A stretch of 64,000 nucleotides of DNA from Azolla caroliniana (taxonomy: Eukaryota; Plantae; Polypodiophyta), in NCBI GenBank assembly GCA_043228905.1, contig JBHGNT010000020.1, positions 9,672,001-9,736,000 on the forward strand, read 5' to 3'. A program made the position numbers and the translations under genes. Each line of letters opens with the position of its first letter. Position 1 is the first letter of the stretch. Under the pieces are notes generated by a model that made no database searches, was not told where the DNA came from, and saw only the letters and a list, made by a program, of their open reading frames with translations. Below are positions 47,151 through 60,700 of this stretch, in pieces.

Positions 47151-47974
47151 TTCCAGTTCCAGTTCCCGGTGAGGGCCGCACAAGGCCGCTCACTCCCGTT
47201 GGTGTTCGTGTTCGAGTTCTCGGTGAGGGTCGCACAAGGTCGCTCATTCCCGTTGGTGTTCATGTTCGAGTTCCCGGTGAGGTCCGCACAAGGCCGCTCA
47301 CTCGCATTGGTGTTCATGTTCTAATTCCCGGTGAGGTTTGCACAAGGCCGCTCACTCCCGTTGGTGTTCGTGTTCCAGTTCCCGGTGAGGGCCGCATGGT
47401 CACTCACACCCGTTTGTGTTCTAGTTCCCAGTGAGGGCCTCATGGTTGCTCACGCCCATTCGTATTCGAGTTCCTGGTGAGGGCCGCATGGTCTCTCACA
47501 CTTGTTCGTGTTTATGTTCCCGGTGAGGGCCGCACATGGCCGCTCACTCCCGTTCGTGTTATTGTTCCCAGTGAGGGCGCATGGTCGCTCACTCCCATTT
47601 GTGTTCCAGTCTTCGGTGAGGACCGCACATGGTCGTTCACTCCAGCTATTTTTCATGTTCCACATCCCGAAGAGGACCGACATGGTCGCTCATGCCCATT
47701 GTGATTCATGTTCCAGTTCTTGGTGAGGACCACACATGGTCTCTCACGCCCGTTGGTGTTCGTGTTCCAACTCTCGGCGAGGACTGACATGGGCTCTCAT
47801 GCCCGTTGGTGTTTGTGTTCCAGTCTCCGGTGAGGACCACACATGGTCGCTCACTCCAACTATTGTTCGTGTTCTAGATCTCGGTGAGGACTGACATGGT
47901 AGCTCATGCCTGTTGTTGTTCATGTTCCATTTCCCGGTGAGGACCACACATGGTCGATTACTCCCGTTCGTGTT
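47150..47974. repeat. Minisatellite, ~16 units of 45-54 bp
   Basis: Consensus about ttcccggtgagggccgcaca(a/t)ggtcgctcactcccgttggtgttcgtgttccag. Confidence 0.92.
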
Positions 47975-50673
47975 TGTTGAGTGGCAAGCTCAATTGGAGC
48001 CAGATCGGCTGAATAAGCCTGAGCCGGCAAGCGAGACGGATCGGTAAGCTATGAGCAACCGAGCCGGCAAGCAATAGAGTCGGTGAGCTGGGGAGCCGGT
48101 TAGCCGGATCCAATCAGTAACCGGAAGCCTAGTATTAGCGTAGACTACTAGGCAATTATAGTCTCGTAGTAAGTGTCAAATGCTCGTGTGAGCATTGAAG
48201 TATGCGGTACTTTTGTCAGTTCCATGAGGACTTGTATAAATAATGCTATTGAGCATAGTTGTAGTAACGGAGTGTTTTTATCGTTTTTGGAATATAGCCT
48301 TGAAGTTCTGCTCTCTCTGTCTCTCTTGTGTACTCTGTGTATTCCCTACCTTCTCTGTTTTCTAACGCTTTCACAAGTAATCGTTTACATGGTATCAGAG
48401 CGCGAGGGTTGAGAACCTCTGCAGCCGACAAACGCTTGAAAGAAAAAACCCTAACAGGTCGCAAAACAGCAGACAGAGAAGTGATGGATAGAGGGATGGC
48501 TAGCTCGCTCCCTGTGGAGAAACTCGACAGATCCAACTATGCATCTTGGTCGTATTAAATGCACCAGTACTTGCTTGGGCATGGCTACTAGAGTTTCGTC
48601 GAAGGAGCCAACGAAACAGCACCTGATGCGGCACATAAGGACTTCCCAGTGTGGGAACAATCGACAAGCAGAGTGATGTAATGCTTCGCGACCAGTGTCG
48701 GAGACCAGCTGCTAAGTCACATCCGAGACGCCAAGACGCCGAAGGAGGCTTGGGGAAACCTGAAGAAGGTTTTCGCCACGAACACTATAGCCCGGAAGCT
48801 GCAACTCCGACAGGAATTGAGCAATGTCCGATAGAAGGACATGTCAGTGGCGGATTACACAGCCCGGATCAAAGAGATCTGTCACTCGCTTGCCTCTATC
48901 AACGTTACCGTAGAGGAAGACAAGATGGTACAGGTCTGTCTTGGGGGCCTGGCATCTAAGTTCAGAGTGTTCCGAACGACGGTGTGTACAAGGGAGAATA
49001 CGCCGTCATTTTTCGACTTATAGTCGATGCTCCTTGTAGAGGAGAACCACGCCGGTGCGTCAACTAGCGCACCCACTGACAGCTGGATGCTGTACACGGA
49101 GGCGGATCGGTCCCGTGGGCGTGGTGGAAGAGGCGGGTCAGCACGCAATGGAGGCGGCCGGCAAGAGCAAGAACGAAGGCACAAAGAATGTGCCGACATC
49201 GGTTCTGGTACTCCCACAGGCATGGGGAGTCATGGTGACACCGGAAGACGCCAAGAGAAGTCAGCAACGGAATGCTGGTACTGTGGCAAAAAGGGCCATA
49301 GAGAAAGCGAGTGTTGGAGAAAATGAGCCGATTTGGACAAATCCGGATTCGGCAAGGCCGACAAGGATGGCTGGCAAAGCTCGCACTACGCGAAGGGATT
49401 GGGAGGATCCAAGAACGGCAACGGGCTAGCCTTGGTGATGAAGCACTAGGTGAACTCGATGAAGAAGACCACTTCCAAATCGGAGGAAGTGTGGTATGTT
49501 GATTCCTATGCGTCGAACCACATGACGAACCACAAAGAGTGGTTCTCCTTTTTGGAGAAACCGGATCAACCAGGAGTAGTCAAAACCGGAGATGACACTC
49601 CTCACCCAATTGTGCATGTCGGAGAAGTCCCTTTGAGCCACGTCGGACAGAAGGGGAAGTTGATGAACGTATTACACGTTTTGACAGTCACGAAGAACCT
49701 TGTGTTAGTCGGACAGATCGTCGACCAAGGGATGCAGGTGCGGTTTACGCACCTCGGGTGCTTCATTGAGGAAGAGGGCCAAATTATTACGCAAGGGCGT
49801 AGAGACGGGAGGATTCAACAAAAGGGAATTCGGTCAGAGTTCAGCTGCAGATACACACCGCAACAGAACGGTGTTGCCGAAAGGAAGAACCGGTCGCTTA
49901 TTGATGCGGCAAGGGCAATGCTGGAGGAGAAGAGCATGCCCAAATTCTACTGGGCGGAGGCAGTCCGAACAACTGTCTACATCCAGAACCGGATCGGTGA
50001 CAAGGTGTCAGCTCACGAGTTGTATTTAGGGTGCAAGCCGAATTTGAGACACCTTAAGATCTTCAGTAGCATTGCATATGTGCATGTACCGGAAGAGAAG
50101 CGGAGGAAGTTGGATGCAAAATCGGAAAAATGCATCCTAATCGGCTATGCTCAAGAGTAGAAGGGTTATAAGTGTTATAACCCTCGGACAAAGAAGGTCC
50201 GAGTTAGTCGAGATGTCGAGTTCGATGAATCGGCATTGTGGTACTCCTTACCGGCTCCGACTTCCGAATCCGACCCGGTGCCGGAGGATGAGGCTAGTGA
50301 TCCTGAACCGGCCTAGGTAGAGGATGATGACGCGTGGACTTAGGATGAGAGTCCGGAATCATTCCGGTTGAGCGGGCCAAACGAGAGACTGAGTCAATCT
50401 GACCAGTCCGATGAGGAACCGGCGAGTAGTGGAGACTCTACCGTGCACTCCCCGCGCAAGGAATCGAGGCGACGGTTCACGCGCAAAGAGAAGGGTTAAA
50501 AGAAGATGTCGGAATTCGAAACCGGGAACGATGAGTCAGATCAGTGTGCATCCGACTCCAACAAGGAGAAAGGCGGATCTTCGACAACGAAGACCGAACC
50601 GGCCAAGAAGGGCCTCAAACCGGGTAACAGTGAGTTACGTCGGTCCACCCGCCAGAAGGATCCCGTCAAGCGG
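47975..50673 (+). mobile_element. Element E: degenerate Copia of family B (5' part), interrupted by F
   Basis: 5' LTR 47975-48389 TG..CA; PBS-Met at 48390; gag-PR-IN homologous to B, with stops and an internal deletion at ~49812. Confidence 0.92.
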
Positions 50674-50810
50674 TGTCGGGGTAGTTGTGGTTCGTGCGGC
50701 AAAGTCGCGGGGACTAAGGTTAAGGGGAGTTGAAGGAACTTAACTTTTAATAAGGCTTGTATGGTGATGATAGAATGGTTAAGGATAGTAAGAAGAAGAG
50801 TTATGAGTAA

Positions 50811-50841
<31 letters not shown>

Positions 50842-51324
50842 CAAGCATAGATAAAAAATAGAGACAATGTATGATTCAAGAAAGAAGATTGAGACAAAGT
50901 ATGATTCAAGGAACAAGAGTATATGATATAAACATGATGTATATTAAAAATATAATATTTTACCAACTTTACAATCCTTGTATGACCGCAAACTGAACAC
51001 ATTCTCTACCGACCCTTGATTTGAACCCACGACCTCAACTTCGAAACGAGAGGTTCTCCACCCAATGAGTTAGTCTTCTTTACTTGATTGTATTATTTTC
51101 TCACTCTCTCTTTTTGATTGATTACCTTGTTTTCCCCCTTCCCCTCTTTATATAAGTGTTGCCATGCATATGGTAATGTATGGGAGCATGGCATGCATGC
51201 AATGCATGAGTTACATGTAATGCATGATCGCCATTTGGCGCACATGCATTGCATGTGATGAATGATGACTATGTATGAAAATAGATATGGGATAAGTATA
51301 ATGATGAAAATGCATTCTAAAATA

Positions 51325-51395
51325 ACTAACCTAGCTTAGTGGTGTATGCTTGGTGCTTGGTATACAAGGTTGAGGGTTCAAGTCCCTCAATTTTA
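51325..51395 (+). promoter_or_regulatory. tRNA-like Pol III cassette in the F LTR
   Basis: A box TAGCTTAGTGG (51332), B box GGTTCAAGTCC (51375) in a perfect TTGAGGG-TTCAAGT-CCCTCAA T-arm, then TTTT. Confidence 0.7.
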
Positions 51396-51578
51396 CTTAA
51401 TACAATATATAGCTTCATTCTTATATCATGAAGCACATTTATTACACACTTTTACAAATAAATAGCCTAGCCTAGTGGTATGTACATTGTACATCGTATT
51501 TAAGGATGTGGGTTCAAGTCTCTCAAATATTATTAAATACAACATTTAAGCTCATTTTTATATCGTGAAGCACATTCT

Positions 51579-54500
51579 TCACGACACCCACCCCCTCTGA
51601 ACTTGCACATTGGTTGTGCAGAGTTCATCCAACACTTCTTCCGATTCTTTTAGTTCTTCTACTTCTTCATAAAATTCAGGCTCTAATGACTCCCTCCTTT
51701 TAAATATTTTAATCCTTTTTCCTGCAATTGGGATACAAATTTCTATCCCATCTAATTCATTGAGGAAATATGTGGCTTTATCTGTTATTTTCCTAACTTC
51801 ATAAGGTCCAAACCATCTTTTTGCAAACTTTCGAATAGTACTGTATTGATTATCTAGGCTATTATCATATACTAATACCCAATCTCCCTCTTGCACCTTT
51901 CTTGGTCGTATTCTTTTCATCTTGTCAAATCTGTCCTTATTCTTGATTCTTGCCTCTTTCAATCTAGTAGCTACTTTTTCTATGTCTTCTGTCCTTGATT
52001 GAAGTTGTTGTATTCGAACCGCAAGTAAATCTTCCCTACTCATTTCTGATTCCCAGGGCAACACAGCCCATGTAGTTATCTTTTCTTCAATTGGCATTAT
52101 TGGCTTCTGTCCTGTGATTAATTCTGTAGGCATATATCCAATAACAGTGCTGTGAGTTGTCCTATCAGCCCATAGTGCATAGGGTAAGGTTTTTGGCCAA
52201 TCACTGACCCGTCCTCTACATGCCTTTGCCAAAGCTTTGACTATTGGCCCATGTCCCCTTTCTACCTTTCCATTAGCTTTTGGATTGTACGCCATTGTCA
52301 AAGAAAGCCGAATTCCTATTTTGTCGAAAAAATCTTGAGCTTCCGCAAAATTGAGTTCTCCCCTATCTGCCACTATCTTCCCGATACATCCATATCTACA
52401 AACAATGTCCTCCAAGATGAATTGACATACTCCTAATGTCCCTTTTGTTCGCAATGAACGGCCTTCCACTTGATTTGTTAGATCTTCTCTAGCAAGAACC
52501 AAGTATCTCTTTTGTCCTACTCCAAGTGGCATTGTTACCAAATCTATCATCCACTTGTAATGCACCCCCGGTGAGTATGTTGGGTGTAATTCATCACAAA
52601 ATTTTATGTTTGAATAATATTGACAAGTGGGACAAGTTTCCACATACTTTTTTATTTGCTCATAGTATCGAGGCCACCAAAATCGTTCTTTAATCTTACT
52701 GAAAGTGGCCCACACTCCTCGATGACCAGCCCATTCTTTGTCATGCAGCTCTCTGATTATCTCCTTTCTTTGCCCTTCGGAACCTATTACTCTTTGTGGG
52801 TTTCCAGTCTTGGTTTTCGGATGTCGCCATAGATATCCTTCATGCAGGAAGAACTTATGGGCTTTCTTACGAAATTGTGAGAACTCTTTTCCAGATCGAC
52901 CTTTGTACTTGTCAGGGGTTTGTAGGTATTTCCCTATTTCCTTGAATTCTTCTTCATACTCCTCTTCTAGAAACTGCATTCCTCCTTCCCGGGTAATGCT
53001 TGTGGTAAGGACTGTTTGTTCTTTGTCCTCATCGTCCGAGTCTGGAATCTCCTCTTCCTCATACCTTGCTCTTGATAACATATCTGCTACTGCATTTCTA
53101 TTCCCAAAGATATGTCGAACTTCAGGGTTGACTGATCTAATATAGATACACCATCTTAACATGGCTTGATCTAGAATATCACAATTAGCTATGATACCAA
53201 GAATAGGCAAACAATCTGTTTCTATTATTACTTCAACACCAATTAAGTAATCTCTATCTGTCTACAGTAAAAAACACATACCCCCAGAAACCTTCGTACT
53301 TCTGAGACGGATGTACATTCCTCTTGCATATTTTGAATTGCATTGACCTTGGTTGGGGATGGCTTTCTTCCGTATGGGCCACACATATGACCAACTATTG
53401 ATATCTCTTTTGCCCCAAATATTGACTTCACACTTGATAAGGGCAAATGCACCTCTTCCATCCTTGATAACACCTTCTCACAATCCTTGATATGATCAAA
53501 CAACAAATTGACGGCAACCACTTTCGTCCAATTCCTCGATCTTCTCTTCCTCCTTGCATCCCTTAATTGGAACATCATCTAGAAAAAGCATTGTAATATG
53601 AGGAATAAAATCACGAAGTACCTTGTTCATTCCATTCATCATATGCACCACTGAGTTGGTCGCTCCTTGCGGCAAGGTGCACATCCATACTAACCCTATA
53701 GGTGTCTTGATAGAAGTTATATCTCGACTTTTGATAGCAAGTTGAAATTGATCATACCCGGAATAAAGGTCTCCCATTGAATATATAGCTCTTCCTGCAA
53801 ACATCTCAGCAAACTCATCCACAATTGGCCCTACTCCCGAGTTTCGGATTGTTACCTTATTCATGGGTTGCATATCTTGGATAAATCGGAGTCGCCCATC
53901 TTTCTTTAACACAGTGAACCATCGACTCGAGTAAGGAGCATTCGATGGTTCCAAGATACCCATCCTTATCTTTTCTTTCAAAAGTTCTAATAGTTGAGGG
54001 ATTCTAGCCCTAGGCATGGGTATTGGCTTAAAGTTCCATGGAATATGAGGGATAGTGAATATAACCATGGGCTCCACAATTTCTGGATCCACACACCCTA
54101 TTTCCTATGGTTGGAATGCGAATGCCTTTCCATGCCTTTTTAACATCTCCCTGAACTGCTTTTCTTCAGCGGGTAATAGGAAGTCACCCCCTCCTATTTT
54201 CATCCCTTGTATTGTTTCCAGAGTAAACACATGTCCTACCTTTTGTGGGTCTCTGATCATTGGCTCTGTGGCTGCTTCTTTGATTGCCTTTTCACTATCC
54301 CCTGGAAGTGGAGCAACAATAGGACGAACCTTCTTCTCCACTGTCTTGTATTTTGTTAGTACATGTGCTTCATGATCCTTTCGAGCAACTTCTTCAATGA
54401 CCTCGTACATCTTGATTGAATGGACAGGAACTTGGATTTCGTTGTCTTCTTCAATTGCTTCCAAATGAGTTATTGTATCTTCAAAACTTAATTCTTCAAA

Positions 54501-56821
54501 CATATCCTGAATTTCTTCATCATCCTCTATTAATCCAGAACACTTAAAGTACTCGAAAGCATTTTGTATTTTATTATTATTTACTTTTAGTATAAAAGTA
54601 GCACCATTAGATGAGATTGTACAAGGAATATCTTTATTTACATTATTATTTATGGGGTTTTCTTTTATGCTTGGGCTATCACAACCCCTACCTGTAAAAG
54701 CCCTATCTAAAAATCCTGGGAAAACTCTTCATCCATCTCTTGAATTGGATGTTCCCTCAAGCATTCTTTGTTTCTTTCATGGTTGGGCCTCACGGTTAAG
54801 AATTGGACAGTCTTTCTTCCATCTTGACTCTTGATTCTCGCGAAAGCCGAACCATCATCAATAACCTTTGTTTCCATCCTCACTGCGGTGATGTAGGGCT
54901 GGCCAAGGATGATGGGGTAGGTTGATTGATCCTGCACAAAGAAATTTTGATTCACCAAGACATCACCAATTGTTACCTTCACACTAGGACATGCTCCGAA
55001 TAGATCCTCCGTAGTTTCTGTGGTAGCTCTTATTTTCCACCCATGATTCTTGTTGATCGGCCACTGTCCTCGAGCGTAAAATTCCGATGACATCATGTTA
55101 ATCTCGGATCCATGATCGATCAAAGCAATACATGGAATTTGCTGCTCCCCAATTTTTGCAGGTGCCTCCGTTGTTGCTCGAGCCCAATGATCCCTTGTAT
55201 AGTGACTCCTATCCCCTTCATGGACACCAACATCATTTTGGTTTTTTACACTTGCAACATTGATGGTGCCACCATACAAATCTTGGAGTGTTGTTGCACA
55301 CCCTCCCATAATTTCCTCCGTCACCTGTCTCTTCCTTCTAATAATATCTATGATAACTTCATGAAATTCTTTCTTTGCTATACCCAACACTTCTCGTAAA
55401 GTAAATTCTACCTTACTATTTAGTATTCTTGTTTCTAGTACCTTTTTTATATCTATCGTAGTTTCTATGTCTGAGGCAAGCTTGAAAGATGGGCCTGTCT
55501 TTCCTTTTACTTTATCAGCTTCCTTCGGCTCAATAGCACCCTTTTCCATGTCCCTTCTCTTCTGTTCTCGTGTCTCATGTCTCTTTGTCGGATCAGCTTC
55601 CTCAGCTCTCTTCCGCTTCTCTTCCACTAGCACATCTTGTGCATTCACTTGGGCGAATGCTGATAGCGCGTCTACTGGATCATTCCATCCAGTGAAGTTT
55701 CGTGTTTCATCTCCCGCTCTTTTTAATTCATCCACTCGAACCTTCCCTTTTCTTGCATAATCCATCACATCTTGCCAAAAGCCAGATCCACCATATGAGT
55801 CTTCTACGCGCAATCCTAAGGTTGCCACGGATTGTATCGCTTGAGTCGTTTCTCTCTCGGCATCTTCCATTAGCTTTTTCATTCCTCCTCGCCCGAAGTT
55901 GAGTTGAAGTGGTTGTCGAGTCTCAGTTGAGTGAATCTTGCCATCTTGATAGTAGATTTTATTATGATTAAGAGCATCCCTATGCTCTTGACAATCTTTC
56001 TTCTGGTGGTCGATACTATCACACCACATACACCTTCGGACCATTCCACCTCCCTGCCTTGATGAAGTCGAGCTTTGTCCCGATTCTAGCTTCGTCACTT
56101 TGATCGACAAGTCTTTCATGCCTTTCACTAATTCGTGTAAAAGTGATTCTTCTACTTTCTTTTATCCCGACTCGTTCCCCGTTTCTTCATCATTTCTGTC
56201 AGGCAACTCCATAAACCATAACTTTCTTTTGTAGAAAAGGGCGCACGCCCTTTTCACCTCCTCCCAATCTTCGGTAAGTCCACTTGGACTATTCTGATCT
56301 TCTAAAAGCATTCCCAAGTCCTTCCTATCTTTAATATTAGTAGCTTGTAGAAACAATATTACTTTATCTGGCACTATTATATTTCTATCTCTAACATTTA
56401 GTTGCTCAAATCTTTCAGAAAACTCTTTTAATACTTCCAAAACACTTAAATGTTTATTAGACTCTACCCAATCCATGAAAGCTCGCCTTGTCATCCTTGA
56501 CATATCGTTGAGGTTGTATGCATTGAGTAATGCTCTTTCGAACGTTGTCCATGTCTGATTCTCCCTTTGGAGCTCTTGGATCCTCTCTTGTAGCCCAATC
56601 GCAGCGACTCGACTAAAGCTATTAATTTTTGTAGCTTTGTCGACACCGCGTTTAAGCATTTCTTCATTATAAATCTTCAGAAATCTTGTTAAATTTATAC
56701 CTTCGAAGATTCCTACTCGTGCGAGAATATTGTCGACGGCTTTGTCGATGCTTGCCATCATCCCTTGTTCCCGCATCATTCGTTCCACCATCGTACACAT
56801 AAGCCTCATTTGCTCCTCCAT
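51579..56821 (-). pseudogene. F unit 1 gag-PR and pol
   Basis: CMWCDSIDHQKKDC, LIDHGSEIN, LPQG/FLDD, integrase with GPY motif; frameshifts, a stop and an RNase H N-terminal deletion at ~53265. Confidence 0.92.
54654..54716 (-). promoter_or_regulatory. Putative -1 ribosomal frameshift signal (also 60839-60901 and 24971-25034)
   Basis: G GAT TTT immediately before the gag-PR stop; pol is open in the -1 frame; stem-loop 5-6 nt downstream with loop-to-3' pairing. Confidence 0.8.
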
Positions 56822-56997
56822 TTCTCCTCGTCGCCGCCTTCACGTCGGGTTCACCAAATGTGTCGGGGTAGTTGTGGTTCGTGCGGCGAAGTCGCGGGGA
56901 CTAAGGTTAAGGGGAGTTGAAGGAACTTAACTTTTAATAAGGCTTGTATGGTGATGATAGAATGGTTAAGGATAGTAAGAAGAAGAGTTACGAGTAA

Positions 56998-57030
<33 letters not shown>

Positions 57031-57763
57031 CAAGCATAGATAAAAAATAGAGACAATGTATGATTCAAGAAAGAAGATTGAGACAAAGTATGATTCAAGG
57101 AACAAGAGTATATGATATAAACATGATGTATATTAAAAATATAATATTTTACCAACTTTACAATCCTTGACCGCAAATTGAACACATTCTCTACCGACCC
57201 TTGATTTGAACCCACGACCTCAACTTCGAAACGAGAGGTTCTCCACCCAATGAGCTAGTCTTCTTTACTTGATTGTATTATTTTCTCACTCTCTCTTTTT
57301 GATTGATTACCTTGTTTTCCCCCTTCCCCTCTTTATATAAGTGTTGCCATGCATATGGTAATGTATGGGAGCATGGCATGCATGCAATGCATGAGTTACA
57401 TGTAATGCATGATCGCCATTTGGCGCACATGCATTGCATGTGATGAATGATGACTATGTATGAAAATAGATATGGGATAAGTATAATGATGAAAATGCAT
57501 TCTAAAATAACTAACCTAGCTTAGTGGTGTATGCTTGGTGCTTGGTATACAAGGTTGAGGGTTCAAGTCCCTCAATTTTACTTAATACAATATATAGCTT
57601 CATTCTTATATCATGAAGCACATTTATTACACACTTTTACAAATAAATAGCCTAGCCTAGTGGTATGTACATTGTACATCGTATTTAAGGATGTGGGTTC
57701 AAGTCTCTCAAATATTATTAAATACAACATTTAAGCTCATTTTTATATCGTGAAGCACATTCT

Positions 57764-60700
57764 TCACGACACCCACCCCCTCTGAACTTGCACATTGGTT
57801 GTGCAGAGTTCATCCAACACTTCTTCCGATTCTTTTAGTTCTTCTACTTCTTCATAAAATTCAGGCTCTAATGACTCCCTCCTTTTAAATATTTTAATCC
57901 TTTTTCCTGCAATTGGGATACAAATTTCTATCCCATCTAATTCATTGAGGAAATATGTGGCTTTATCTGTTATTTTCCTAACTTCATAAGGTCCAAACCA
58001 TCTTTTTGCAAACTTTCGAATAGTACTGTATTGATTATCTAGGCTATTATCATATACTAATACCCAATCTCCCTCTTGCACCTTTCTTGGTCGTATTCTT
58101 TTCATCTTGTCAAATCTGTCCTTATTCTTGATTCTTGCCTCTTTCAATCTAGTAGCTACTTTTTCTATGTCTTCTGTCCTTGATTGAAGTTGTTGTATTC
58201 GAACCGCAAGTAAATCTTCCCTACTCATTTCTGATTCCCAGGGCAACACAGCCCATGTAGTTATCTTTTCTTCAATTGGCATTATTGGCTTCTGTCCTGT
58301 GATTAATTCTGTAGGCATATATCCAATAACAGTGCTGTGAGTTGTCCTATCAGCCCATAGTGCATAGGGTAAGGTTTTTGGCCAATCACTGACCCGTCCT
58401 CTACATGCCTTTGCCAAAGCTTTGACTATTGGCCCATGTCCCCTTTCTACCTTTCCATTAGCTTTTGGATTGTACGCCATTGTCAAAGAAAGCCGAATTC
58501 CTATTTTGTCGAAAAAATCTTGAGCTTCCGCAAAATTGAGTTCTCCCCTATCTGCCACTATCTTCCCGATACATCCATATCTACAAACAATGTCCTCCAA
58601 GATGAATTGACATACTCCTAATGTCCCTTTTGTTCGCAATGAACGGCCTTCCACTTGATTTGTTAGATCTTCTCTAGCAAGAACCAAGTATCTCTTTTGT
58701 CCTACTCCAAGTGGCATTGTTACCAAATCTATCATCCACTTGTAATGCACCCCCGGTGAGTATGTTGGGTGTAATTCATCACAAAATTTTATGTTTGAAT
58801 AATATTGACAAGTGGGACAAGTTTCCACATACTTTTTTATTTGCTCATAGTATCGAGGCCACCAAAATCGTTCTTTAATCTTACTGAAAGTGGCCCACAC
58901 TCCTCGATGACCAGCCCATTCTTTGTCATGCAGCTCTCTGATTATCTCCTTTCTTTGCCCTTCGGAACCTATTACTCTTTGTGGGTTTCCAGTCTTGGTT
59001 TTCGGATGTCGCCATAGATATCCTTCATGCAGGAAGAACTTATGGGCTTTCTTACGAAATTGTGAGAACTCTTTTCCAGATCGACCTTTGTACTTGTCAG
59101 GGGTTTGTAGGTATTTCCCTATTTCCTTGAATTCTTCTTCATACTCCTCTTCTAGAAACTGCATTCCTCCTTCCCGGGTAATGCTTGTGGTAAGGACTGT
59201 TTGTTCTTTGTCCTCATCGTCCGAGTCTGGAATCTCCTCTTCCTCATACCTTGCTCTTGATAACATATCTGCTACTGCATTTCTATTCCCAAAGATATGT
59301 CGAACTTCAGGGTTGACTGATCTAATATAGATACACCATCTTAACATGGCTTGATCTAGAATATCACAATTAGCTATGATACCAAGAATAGGCAAACAAT
59401 CTGTTTCTATTATTACTTCAACACCAATTAAGTAATCTCTATCTGTCTACAGTAAAAAACACATACCCCCAGAAACCTTCGTACTTCTGAGACGGATGTA
59501 CATTCCTCTTGCATATTTTGAATTGCATTGACCTTGGTTGGGGATGGCTTTCTTCCGTATGGGCCACACATATGACCAACTATTGATATCTCTTTTGCCC
59601 CAAATATTGACTTCACACTTGATAAGGGCAAATGCACCTCTTCCATCCTTGATAACACCTTCTCACAATCCTTGATATGATCAAACAACAAATTGACGGC
59701 AACCACTTTCGTCCAATTCCTCGATCTTCTCTTCCTCCTTGCATCCCTTAATTGGAACATCATCTAGAAAAAGCATTGTAATATGAGGAATAAAATCACG
59801 AAGTACCTTGTTCATTCCATTCATCATATGCACCACTGAGTTGGTCGCTCCTTGCGGCAAGGTGCACATCCATACTAACCCTATAGGTGTCTTGATAGAA
59901 GTTATATCTCGACTTTTGATAGCAAGTTGAAATTGATCATACCCGGAATAAAGGTCTCCCATTGAATATATAGCTCTTCCTGCAAACATCTCAGCAAACT
60001 CATCCACAATTGGCCCTACTCCCGAGTTTCGGATTGTTACCTTATTCATGGGTTGCATATCTTGGATAAATCGGAGTCGCCCATCTTTCTTTAACACAGT
60101 GAACCATCGACTCGAGTAAGGAGCATTCGATGGTTCCAAGATACCCATCCTTATCTTTTCTTTCAAAAGTTCTAATAGTTGAGGGATTCTAGCCCTAGGC
60201 ATGGGTATTGGCTTAAAGTTCCATGGAATATGAGGGATAGTGAATATAACCATGGGCTCCACAATTTCTGGATCCACACACCCTATTTCCTATGGTTGGA
60301 ATGCGAATGCCTTTCCATGCCTTTTTAACATCTCCCTGAACTGCTTTTCTTCAGCGGGTAATAGGAAGTCACCCCCTCCTATTTTCATCCCTTGTATTGT
60401 TTCCAGAGTAAACACATGTCCTACCTTTTGTGGGTCTCTGATCATTGGCTCTGTGGCTGCTTCTTTGATTGCCTTTTCACTATCCCCTGGAAGTGGAGCA
60501 ACAATAGGACGAACCTTCTTCTCCACTGTCTTGTATTTTGTTAGTACATGTGCTTCATGATCCTTTCGAGCAACTTCTTCAATGACCTCGTACATCTTGA
60601 TTGAATGGACAGGAACTTGGATTTCGTTGTCTTCTTCAATTGCTTCCAAATGAGTTATTGTATCTTCAAAACTTAATTCTTCAAACATATCCTGAATTTC

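Noticed and set aside
47150-47974. CRISPR-like regular repeat
   Set aside because: Whole units repeat with no unique spacers, there are no cas genes, and the context is eukaryotic
51325-51525. Bona fide tRNA genes in the F LTR
   Set aside because: A/B boxes and T-arm are present but no convincing acceptor or anticodon stems; reported as tRNA-like cassettes only
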